Virus record (IMG/VR): IMGVR_UViG_3300017733_000025
Strand: one strand, 5' to 3'
Source of the DNA: a virus
Length of the DNA: 32,900 bases
Part shown: positions 16,320 to 23,242 of the stretch, piece after piece
How positions within the stretch are numbered: position 1 is the first letter of the stretch
Layout: each line of letters opens with the position of its first letter
The notes under the pieces: generated by a model
Seen by the model: only the letters and a program-made list of their open reading frames with translations
Told to the model about the DNA's origin: nothing
Databases searched by the model: none
Made by a program: the position numbers and the translations under genes

Positions 16320-16347
16320 AACATACCAATCAACGATTTAAATACAA
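16320..16347 (-). promoter_or_regulatory. Conserved phage promoter motif, copy 4 (TTGTAT-N16-TATGTT)
   Basis: The minus strand reads TTGTATttaaatcgttgattggTATGTT. Confidence 0.45.
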
Positions 16348-16350
16348 GCG

Positions 16351-17097
16351 TTATTCCAAATTTTCTTGCTTTTCTTTTCCGCAATATAAACATAAAAATA
16401 GGCGGTATTGCCCCACATATCCCGTATCTCGCCATTTATGGCCGTCTATGGCGCAATCATGCACCTTTTGTGGCTTGTTTTCATCTACCATTTGACCTAA
16501 TAATGTCCAATTTTTAGATATTGCAAACGGCGTTAATGTAATATCTTTCCATTTAGTCTTATAAATTTTTACCCGATCCGCTACTTCGTCGGGGGTTCCA
16601 CCTGCTGTATAAATATCTTTTACTACTTTATTGAATCCGCTAATTTCCGTTTTTGTTTTAGGTTCATAATCTAAAGCAATAGATAACGCGCTATAAATTT
16701 TATAGCGCTCATTCTTTTGACTTTGGTTAGATGACTTTGGTTTGTAGTCCGTATTTGATACGCCCCCTTGTTCATATTTGATACCCCCTTTACGTTCATT
16801 TTTGAACGCGGGATTGTAAATTATTGTGTATAGATTGCTTGTTTGCCCGTCGTCGTTATATCGGGGATCAATTACAATTGCTCCAATTTTTTCTAATTCT
16901 TTCAATCCGCGCTTTACAGTACTTGGAGATTTTCCACATTTTTGTCCAATTGTTTTAATACTTGGCCAACATGATCCGTCAATCTTATCTGCGTATCTAC
17001 ATAGAACGGAATATACGCGAAAAGCATTATCAGAAATTTCACTAATTGTTAGCCACTCGGGTATAATAGAAAAGTATAGCTGTGCATTTATTTGCAT
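16351..17097 (-). CDS. Putative replication organiser/initiator (winged-helix N-terminal domain, C-terminal Cys/His cluster)
   Basis: N-terminal AFRVYSVLCRYADK..GSCWPSIKTIGQKCGKSPSTVKRGLKELEKIGAI is typical of phage HTH replication/DnaD-like proteins. Sits next to the annealase. Confidence 0.5.
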   Translation of the reverse strand: MQINAQLYFSIIPEWLTISEISDNAFRVYSVLCRYADKIDGSCWPSIKTIGQKCGKSPSTVKRGLKELEKIGAIVIDPRYNDDGQTSNLYTIIYNPAFKNERKGGIKYEQGGVSNTDYKPKSSNQSQKNERYKIYSALSIALDYEPKTKTEISGFNKVVKDIYTAGGTPDEVADRVKIYKTKWKDITLTPFAISKNWTLLGQMVDENKPQKVHDCAIDGHKWRDTGYVGQYRLFLCLYCGKEKQENLE

Positions 17098-17137
17098 TGT
17101 TGCCCTTTCTAAAGAGCGGGATTCGTCCCGCTCTTTA

Positions 17138-17752
17138 TTATTTACTTGTGTTTTCTTCTATTGATTTCTTTTGAGCTATTTGCTTTGCTAAATCATCTGC
17201 GGTAATAACCTTACCAAATTCAGCGGGTTTATCATTTTCAATTTTTGGTTTTGGCGTTTCTGCTTTTGGTTTCGGTTTAGGTTTTGTTTTTGTAGTTGGT
17301 TTTGGATCTAGATAAGAACTAATCCAAGCGCTTGTATCATAAAGCTCAATCCCAATTCCAAGTCGCATTCCGCAACGCTTAACGGCGTCGCTAATACATT
17401 CTTTTAATCTTTCACCATTATTATTAACGCGTCTATTTTCAACCTCAAAAGGTTTGTCGCACATACCCGCCTCAACAACCGATCTAAATTTTCCGTCAAT
17501 TGTACCGCTAATTTTATAAGTACAACCCGTTAATATAGTTAGTTTGTCTCCGTCCGCGTTGTAGTGCGTATCATAAAAAACGTCCATTAACTCCATTTGT
17601 ACGTCATCAATTAAAGCAATTAATTTCTGCGTTACTTGAGTATGTTCAACGTATGCAATTCCGTCTTTCTTGTAAGATACGTTTAGCTTTTTTACAACAG
17701 ACGGATTCCAAGCTTTGCTTAATTCAATCTGCGTATTTCTTTTATTTGTCAT
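17138..17752 (-). CDS. Rad52/Sak-like single-strand annealing protein
   Basis: The motif ECISDAVKRCGMRLGIGIELYD matches the conserved Rad52/Rad22-family signature. Lys/Pro-rich linker and acidic tail. Confidence 0.7.
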   Translation of the reverse strand: MTNKRNTQIELSKAWNPSVVKKLNVSYKKDGIAYVEHTQVTQKLIALIDDVQMELMDVFYDTHYNADGDKLTILTGCTYKISGTIDGKFRSVVEAGMCDKPFEVENRRVNNNGERLKECISDAVKRCGMRLGIGIELYDTSAWISSYLDPKPTTKTKPKPKPKAETPKPKIENDKPAEFGKVITADDLAKQIAQKKSIEENTSK

Positions 17753-17895
17753 GTTTTCCTTTCATTAATTGAAATAAATTTTTTGTATATTTCAAAATTA
17801 CAATGTATGCAAACTATCGCCGTCCAATTTTTGTGATATAACTTTAATGTTTTTTCACAATACGGACATTTAACCCGATACTTTTTGTGCGTCAT
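17749..17895 (-). CDS. Zinc-ribbon mini-protein (48 aa, below the track threshold)
   Basis: MTHKKYRVKCPYCE...VCIHCN. Overlaps the end of the HTH gene, and its stop overlaps the annealase ATG. Confidence 0.4.
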   Translation of the reverse strand: MTHKKYRVKCPYCEKTLKLYHKNWTAIVCIHCNFEIYKKFISINERKT

Positions 17896-18082
17896 TTTTT
17901 CTACGATCTACAACCCCGCCTGTATCAATAAAGCTTATTATTGTATTTAAATCCCATAATGGACAAGCTTTAATAATTTTATCGGGTTTTGGTAATCGTC
18001 CATGAAAATGTAACTGCGCAACTTGTTGTCGCGTTTTGTTCATCATTTCAGCAATTTCGCTTATTGAAATTGGATCAATCAT
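17870..18082 (-). CDS. Small HTH DNA-binding protein (excisionase/AlpA/MerR-like HTH)
   Basis: ISISEIAEMMNKTRQQVAQLHFHGRLPKP... is a typical short HTH_17-like pattern. Confidence 0.6.
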   Translation of the reverse strand: MIDPISISEIAEMMNKTRQQVAQLHFHGRLPKPDKIIKACPLWDLNTIISFIDTGGVVDRRKNDAQKVSG

Positions 18083-18158
18083 TTTATCTCCTTTATGCCT
18101 AATGGGGAGCTTAGTTTGGCGCGTTTCGACTGAAAGAAAAGCCCCCCAATAAGCAACC

Positions 18159-18488
18159 TTATACTAAGTCTTCAATCATATAATTTTCAATATGATTGCC
18201 TTTTTCACAATTGTTGAATACAAAAGAAAGTTTATGTTCTTTACTCATGCGTTCTAAATATGTGTCTTTTTCAACGTTTGGCTTTTGATTACGCGCTTGT
18301 TTAATAGACCATGCCCAAAATGATTCTAATTTATTTCGGAATCTATCAGCGTCCAAATCAATGGCGCCACCGCCATAATATTTCAAATGGATCTCGCCCG
18401 TTGTTTTGTTTTGCATTTGTAAAATGCGTCTATACCAAAAACGAGTTTTCCCCGATTCTAATTTTAAATAGTTCAATATTTCCTCCAA
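18159..18488 (-). CDS. Hypothetical protein (109 aa)
   Basis: ORF with no motif recognised. Confidence 0.65.
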   Translation of the reverse strand: MEEILNYLKLESGKTRFWYRRILQMQNKTTGEIHLKYYGGGAIDLDADRFRNKLESFWAWSIKQARNQKPNVEKDTYLERMSKEHKLSFVFNNCEKGNHIENYMIEDLV

Positions 18489-18525
18489 TCGTTGTTGAGG
18501 ATTATATCATAGATTTAATTAGCTA

Positions 18526-19077
18526 TCAAGCGTCTTTAATTTCATATCCAAAATTTTCTAATACGGCAAGACAAAAGTTTTCCAAATCCGCTAAATCTAG
18601 GCTTATGATTCCGCCCGTAGATCCGTCAGGCATTGATACATGAGCAAACGGTTTTTTTTCGGATCCAATTGCAATATGGTTAAAATCGCTTTGCCTTTTA
18701 CCTTTCATAAATACATTTACCAAAGGTTGAACTTGCTTACCGCTTTTAACTTCTACTCGTAATCCGCCAAGCCAATTCTCCTCGTGCGCGTCCGCTCCCG
18801 CAAACCTATTTGACGGAATTTTTAATAATTTTCTAGCTTGGTTTTGTTTTCGTCGGCCTTTTGATCTATTACGTCTGTTAATACATTTACGACATTGACA
18901 TTTGTTCTTTTGTTCTTGAGTAACATCACATTGGCCAATAGATCTTTTAGAACTATTTTTTTCGCTCATTGAGCGGGGTAAATTATTTTCTTCCCCTTTT
19001 CTACGTTTCCAATCACTATAAGTTTCATCAGGCCTTATATCAAATTCGTTTGGCTCTTTGCCTTTTATTTGTCCCAT
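18526..19077 (-). CDS. Putative PD-(D/E)xK-type nuclease / resolvase with a basic Cys-containing N-terminus
   Basis: GADAHEENWLGGLRVEVKSGKQ contains a D...E-x-K arrangement. The N-terminal CQCRKC cluster and Arg/Lys-rich segment suggest nucleic-acid binding. Weak call. Confidence 0.35.
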   Translation of the reverse strand: MGQIKGKEPNEFDIRPDETYSDWKRRKGEENNLPRSMSEKNSSKRSIGQCDVTQEQKNKCQCRKCINRRNRSKGRRKQNQARKLLKIPSNRFAGADAHEENWLGGLRVEVKSGKQVQPLVNVFMKGKRQSDFNHIAIGSEKKPFAHVSMPDGSTGGIISLDLADLENFCLAVLENFGYEIKDA

Positions 19078-19162
19078 TTAGAGCGGTTTGGTCGGATCTG
19101 CCCCGCCTCTTTTATTATGGAATAATAACGTGCGTCTATTTACACTAAAACCGCACTATTAA

Positions 19163-19786
19163 TTATAATGCGTTGTTTTCTCTAAGGAAATCCTCACAAA
19201 AATTTATTAGCGCTTTTGTTTTAGATTGAGATTTATTATCTAAATTATAAAGATCTTTATAACCTTTAATTGCTTTATCTAATATGACCAATTCATCTTC
19301 ATTAAAATAAAATGTTCTTGAATACATTGACGTCCGATCGCCTGTTTCTATATCTCCGAACGCGTCGTCAAATGTCATTGTTCCCGCTATCTCAAAAAGT
19401 TCTTTTTCCGTGTATGATATTGCGTCCAATATTGAGGGGTCGCTCTCTAGAGAACTAAGCATGTCGGCCAAAAAATCTTGATCTATTGTCCCCAATTCGC
19501 TTGTTCTATTATCCGCAATAGCAAAGGCTTTAGCCGTTAATTCGTCATCATCTGTAAAGACAACGGCTATATGCGACCAACCTAGTTTTCGTGCGGACTC
19601 CAACTGATGATTGCCCGATATAACCGTTCCGTCTTTAGTTGCAACAATTGGTTTTCGTTGCCCGAATTTGTCGTATGATTTTGCAATTGCATTTACATCA
19701 CCTCTACGAGGATTGCCGTCTAAATGTTTTAATTGATCTATTGGCGTTGCTAACTCTATAATTGATTCATTAATTTTATGATTCAC
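19163..19786 (-). CDS. ParB-like nuclease-domain (ParB N-terminal/sulfiredoxin-like) protein
   Basis: LDGNPRRGD...GQRKPIVATKDGTVISGNHQLESARKLGWSHIAVVF matches the ParBc domain pattern (NPR ... G-x-H-R/Q ... A-x-x-L-G). ATGA overlap with the upstream Mom-like gene. Confidence 0.7.
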   Translation of the reverse strand: MNHKINESIIELATPIDQLKHLDGNPRRGDVNAIAKSYDKFGQRKPIVATKDGTVISGNHQLESARKLGWSHIAVVFTDDDELTAKAFAIADNRTSELGTIDQDFLADMLSSLESDPSILDAISYTEKELFEIAGTMTFDDAFGDIETGDRTSMYSRTFYFNEDELVILDKAIKGYKDLYNLDNKSQSKTKALINFCEDFLRENNAL

Positions 19787-20490
19787 AATTTTTCTCCTTT
19801 GTACATTCTTGCTCCTATTTTTTTAATCTCCTCGTATGGTATTGGATCCATAGTTAAATTTTTTTCTAGTTCGGGTTTTAAAAACTTTATATATCTTAGT
19901 TGATATCCCTCCAATACTTCTGCTCCAACTTCATCACAAAATTTCTGCCAATTAAATGTTTTATTCGTTATATCAAAGAATGATCTGCCCCCGAGCATGT
20001 CCATTTTTCTTGTTGGCGCACTAGCGAATGTCATTTTATGAATTATCTCTCCGTTTGGAAATCTAGCCAATTGTTTATTTACTTTTATGTTGGTTAAAAT
20101 AAACCCCGTTGCTCTATAAATAGTTCCGTCCCCGCATTGAGTTCCGTCCGCGAACGTTATAATCCAATCTATTTCGGGTAAATGTTTTTTAATTAGTTTT
20201 AAAGTAACTCCAATAGCTCTTGATTCGCTGTTTTTTGGTAAATTATCAGATAAAACCATTCTATTTAATTCAAGAAAGTTATTCCATTTAGTATTTTTTA
20301 CTAATCCAATTATTTTTGTTTTATCTAAACTAGCGCCATATTGTAAAACTCCCTCTAGCCGATCATTATAAAAAACGCCAAAATGTATTTTTGAATTATT
20401 GACTATTTTACCCGAGTAATGATGACGTTTAATAAATGAATTAGCCCGTTGTACAGGGATCATTTTTATAACTATATCTTTAGCGTTCAT
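19783..20490 (-). CDS. Mom-like GNAT-fold acyltransferase (candidate DNA base-modification enzyme)
   Basis: ANSFIKRHHYSGK..., ...FLELNRMVLSDNLPKNSESRAIG...LIKKHLPEIDWIITFAD...GTIYRATGF follows, block by block, the layout I recall for phage Mu Mom and its homologues. No SD precedes the ATG. Confidence 0.55.
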   Translation of the reverse strand: MNAKDIVIKMIPVQRANSFIKRHHYSGKIVNNSKIHFGVFYNDRLEGVLQYGASLDKTKIIGLVKNTKWNNFLELNRMVLSDNLPKNSESRAIGVTLKLIKKHLPEIDWIITFADGTQCGDGTIYRATGFILTNIKVNKQLARFPNGEIIHKMTFASAPTRKMDMLGGRSFFDITNKTFNWQKFCDEVGAEVLEGYQLRYIKFLKPELEKNLTMDPIPYEEIKKIGARMYKGEKL

Positions 20491-20504
20491 AAGTTTAGTA
20501 TAAC

Positions 20505-20525
20505 AAAAAAGCGGGATAATCCCGC
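20505..20525 (-). terminator. Intrinsic terminator 14 nt upstream of the Mom-like ATG
   Basis: Stem GCGGGA/TCCCGC (6 bp, 3-nt loop) followed by UUUUUU on the minus strand. Confidence 0.65.
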
Positions 20526-20794
20526 TTATTTGCTTGGCTTGGATCCTACGTCGTACTCTATCATTTTTGCCTTAGGTTTCTTACGCCTTAGGTTACTTAC
20601 AAAATGTTGGCTTACTGTTAGTATCAGCAGTGGATTTCATATCCAATTTACCAAATTTTGATTTTTACTATTCTAGTTATCGGGGTTTTCTCCCCCGTTC
20701 TAAAGCTCTAGTTTCGCCTAGATCTTCCGCCTCGTGTCTAGTTTTTCCGTTGGGTTTTCGCCAATCTCCGAGTTCTCTAGTCATGCCTTAGCAT
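20526..20794 (-). ncRNA. Candidate ~270-nt noncoding transcript (or micro-ORF leader) bracketed by promoter copy 5 and a terminator
   Basis: No ORF longer than 35 codons on this strand. It holds four ACUAGA-initiated units, two similar hairpins with GAAAAC-type loops, and a tandem GUAAG-N-AACCUAAGGC duplication. Class unknown. Confidence 0.3.
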
Positions 20795-20800
20795 GTCCTT

Positions 20801-20828
20801 AATATACCAATCTTAGATTTATATGCAA
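20801..20828 (-). promoter_or_regulatory. Conserved phage promoter motif, copy 5 (TTGCAT-N16-TATATT)
   Basis: The minus strand reads TTGCATataaatctaagattggTATATT, immediately after the stop of the SLT-like gene. Confidence 0.5.
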
Positions 20829-20847
20829 GTATTTAACAAGATTTTTT

Positions 20848-21255
20848 TTAATAATTCCAACAATGCTTTGAGCTATTCCAATGATACCACCCGTCGTTTT
20901 TGATTAACCATTTAGCAACGGCCGTTGAAGTTTCGGGATCGTATCGGGATTCTTTAATATTTAATTTAGCTTTTAGCCAAGCCCAAGTATTGTCGTTGAA
21001 CTGCCAAAGGCCGACGTCTCTAGTTCCATTTTTGTTATTATTTACGGCATATTCTCGCCCTGATGATTCACAAAATATAATTAATAAAGATTTTTGTACG
21101 TCGTTTGGATCATTAAAATACTTAGAAACTAAAGGCTCCCATTGTATAACGTGGCTTATTTTTTCGTTTTTATCTCTACATTCTTGATAATTGTCTAATG
21201 AATCTAATGTAAGAGGGGTCAGGAAAGTACAAGCAATTAATACTTGAGCAATCAA
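20848..21255 (-). CDS. Secreted lysozyme-like / SLT-domain lytic transglycosylase
   Basis: IIFCESSGREYAVNNNKNGTRDVGLWQFNDNTW resembles the catalytic Glu-Ser and GL-Q-N motif of SLT/lysozyme-like domains. Hydrophobic N-terminus (IAQVLIACTFLTPL). TTG start, somewhat uncertain. Confidence 0.6.
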   Translation of the reverse strand: MIAQVLIACTFLTPLTLDSLDNYQECRDKNEKISHVIQWEPLVSKYFNDPNDVQKSLLIIFCESSGREYAVNNNKNGTRDVGLWQFNDNTWAWLKAKLNIKESRYDPETSTAVAKWLIKNDGWYHWNSSKHCWNY

Positions 21256-21260
21256 TTGAG

Positions 21261-21422
21261 TTACTTACCTAGTAGAAATTCAATTGCTAAATTTGGGTCA
21301 AGATCTTTAATTCTTGTAATTCCGACTTTTAAATCCTCCGTTATGAAGTTTCCTTTGTCGTCATTATAAATAATTTTGGTTTTGATCCCGTCGTTTTCAA
21401 ATCCAATTAATGTTTTTGACAT
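21261..21422 (-). CDS. Possible 53-aa leaderless ORF (below the track threshold)
   Basis: MSKTLIGFENDG... The ATG lies exactly 6 nt after a TGTGTATAAT extended -10 box. It fills the gap before the SLT-like gene. Confidence 0.4.
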   Translation of the reverse strand: MSKTLIGFENDGIKTKIIYNDDKGNFITEDLKVGITRIKDLDPNLAIEFLLGK

Positions 21423-21428
21423 ATTATT

Positions 21429-21458
21429 ATTATACACATTTTTTTTAATTCAATACAA
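21429..21458 (-). promoter_or_regulatory. Putative leftward early promoter (TTGTAT-N18-TATAAT with TG extension)
   Basis: Seen on the minus strand in the 96-bp divergent intergenic region. It overlaps a degenerate copy of the conserved spacer motif oriented toward the plus-strand gene. Confidence 0.4.
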
Positions 21459-21517
21459 GATTTATTAAATACGAGATTGTTTTTATATTTGGTGTTAGTA
21501 TTAGTGCAAACGAGCCA

Positions 21518-22729
21518 ATGGTAAAAAAAGCAAAAAAAATAACCAAAAATAAACAAGAAATTCCTCATAATCTTGATTTAGGTAACAACTATTACCCGTC
21601 GGGTTGGAAACCAAAGCTTGAGTTTGATCATAATACAAACGTTGGAGAACTAACTCATATTCAACCACAATCAGACAATTTTAAATTTAATGAACTATTG
21701 GATTCATGGGGTTACGATTCAAACGTTTTCTACATAGAGGAGGATAGAATAAAATTCTCTACATGGGAGGCTCAATCTAAAGGCGGACAAGTAATTCAAA
21801 TGTTTGCTTTTAAGGCAACTATACGGAGAAAAAAACCTAAACATAACCAATATATAAAAAAGCTTGAACGTCAAATTGCAAACAAAAAGCCCGTAAAGGT
21901 ATCTCAAGAAGTTGGAGATCATGCTTTTTTCTTTTTTTGTGCCGATTGGCAGTTCGGAAAATCTGAATACAACGCCGAATGGGGAGCCGACGAAACCATT
22001 GATTATATTCGCAATGGAATTATTAAAGCTAAAAAACAAATACGGGACTTGAACAAATCGGGTCAAATAATAGACGAAATTTATATAATAGGTTTAGGAG
22101 ATTTAATTGAGAATTGTTACGGATTTTTTGACCACCAACCTTTCAACGTAGAGCTAACCCGTACAGAACAAGAACATCTAGCTCGTAAAATGTTGCTTGA
22201 AGTACTAGACGGATTATTAAAACTAGCTCCTAAAATTGTTATCGGAGCCGTTGTTGGTAACCATTCTGAATATAGATCAGGAAAAAATCAAGTATCAACA
22301 TCAAGACTAGACAACTCCGATACCGCAATATTTCAAATCGTTGGAGAAATTATTGAGGATAGAGAGAGATACAAGCATGTTAAAACAGTTGTGCCTAATG
22401 ATTTTTATTTAACAATTGACGTTAAAGATCAAAGATTAACTTTTTATCATGGTCACATGACGGGTGGCGGATCCAACATAGAAAATAAATTAATGAATTG
22501 GTGGAAAAATCAAGCCCATGCAAAAATCGTAAGCGGAAGTTCGGACATTTTAGTATCGGGACATTATCATCATTTACGAGTATTAACTGAACGTGGCCGT
22601 ACTTGGTTTCAATCCCCCTCGCTTGATACATCAAAAGAATTAGAGGCGCGTATGGGATTAACAACTTCACATGGAATATTAACATTCACCGTTTCAAAAA
22701 ATGGTTGGGATAATCTAAAAGTACTATAA
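21518..22729 (+). CDS. Calcineurin-like metallophosphoesterase (Mre11/SbcD-like nuclease candidate) with a ~140-aa N-terminal extension
   Basis: Ordered motifs GLGDLIEN, VGNHSE, FYHGH and SGHYHH match metallophosphoesterase blocks II-V. One of only two plus-strand genes. Confidence 0.7.
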   Translation: MVKKAKKITKNKQEIPHNLDLGNNYYPSGWKPKLEFDHNTNVGELTHIQPQSDNFKFNELLDSWGYDSNVFYIEEDRIKFSTWEAQSKGGQVIQMFAFKATIRRKKPKHNQYIKKLERQIANKKPVKVSQEVGDHAFFFFCADWQFGKSEYNAEWGADETIDYIRNGIIKAKKQIRDLNKSGQIIDEIYIIGLGDLIENCYGFFDHQPFNVELTRTEQEHLARKMLLEVLDGLLKLAPKIVIGAVVGNHSEYRSGKNQVSTSRLDNSDTAIFQIVGEIIEDRERYKHVKTVVPNDFYLTIDVKDQRLTFYHGHMTGGGSNIENKLMNWWKNQAHAKIVSGSSDILVSGHYHHLRVLTERGRTWFQSPSLDTSKELEARMGLTTSHGILTFTVSKNGWDNLKVL

Positions 22730-22903
22730 AGAACTCGTTGATCAAAAAAACAATGTTGATTTTTAACGGTTTAACTCGTTAATTTTTAAATTGATTCCTA
22801 CGTTTAAGGGTTTAACTCGTTAAATTTCAAAACAAATCCTACGTTTAAGGGTTTAACTCGTTGTTTTTCAAAACAAATCCTACGTCTAACGGTTTAACTC
22901 GTT
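22727..22903 (+). repeat. Iteron-like tandem array, 41-bp period, about 4.5 copies (core GGTTTAACTCGTT)
   Basis: The core sits at 22768, 22809, 22850 and 22891, exactly 41 bp apart. A partial copy (AACTCGTT) lies at 22732. The flanks (aaatcctacgtttaag) are also conserved. Confidence 0.85.
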
Positions 22904-23070
22904 TAAAAAATAAAGAGATAACAACGCTTGTGGTTACTTGTTTTTCTAAAATACCCCCCACATATAGTATGTTTTAAAAACCGTTTGCTTAAATAATTGG
23001 AATTTCTATCTTGTGGTTTAACCGTTTAGACGCACTGCCCGAACTTCTATCCGTCCGTTTAACACGGCGC

Positions 23071-23160
23071 CCGTGCATGCAATAATTCGCGCGTCCTATT
23101 TAGACGGTTTCCGTGCATGTTGGACAACGCGTGTCCTATTTAGACGGTTTCCGTGTATAA
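23071..23160 (+). repeat. Second tandem array, 40-bp period, about 2.3 copies (CCGTGCATG...GTCCTATTTAGACGGTTT)
   Basis: 23071-23110 and 23111-23150 align with few differences, and a third unit begins at 23151. Locally GC-richer than its surroundings and followed by an AT-rich tract. Confidence 0.8.
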
Positions 23161-23188
23161 ATCCATTTAAAAAAATATTAAATAATAC

Positions 23189-23216
23189 TTGCATTTAAAT
23201 CTAAGATTGCTATGTT
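23189..23216 (+). promoter_or_regulatory. Conserved phage promoter motif, copy 6, plus-strand orientation (TTGCAT-N16-TATGTT)
   Basis: TTGCATttaaatctaagattgcTATGTT, 26 nt upstream of the 61-aa ORF, which has a GGAGG SD. Confidence 0.5.
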
Positions 23217-23242
23217 TAAGTCAAGAAAACGGAGGAACATAA

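Noticed and set aside
18083-18158. Hairpin (GGGGGGC...GCUCCCC, ~30-nt loop) between the 109-aa gene and the HTH gene
   Set aside because: Large loop, a G-U pair and no U-run. It could be an attenuator or RNase site, but there is not enough evidence.
19078-19162. Hairpin AGAGCGG...CCGCCTC followed by TTTT on the plus strand, between the ParB-like and nuclease-like genes
   Set aside because: The U-run lies on the wrong strand for the minus-strand operon, and the stem has a bulge. It may stop antisense transcription, but I found no supporting promoter.
22727-23160. The phased repeats as a possible CRISPR array
   Set aside because: The inter-core segments are themselves conserved between units, so these are tandem repeats rather than unique spacers. 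The cores are only 13 bp, and no cas genes or leader are present.
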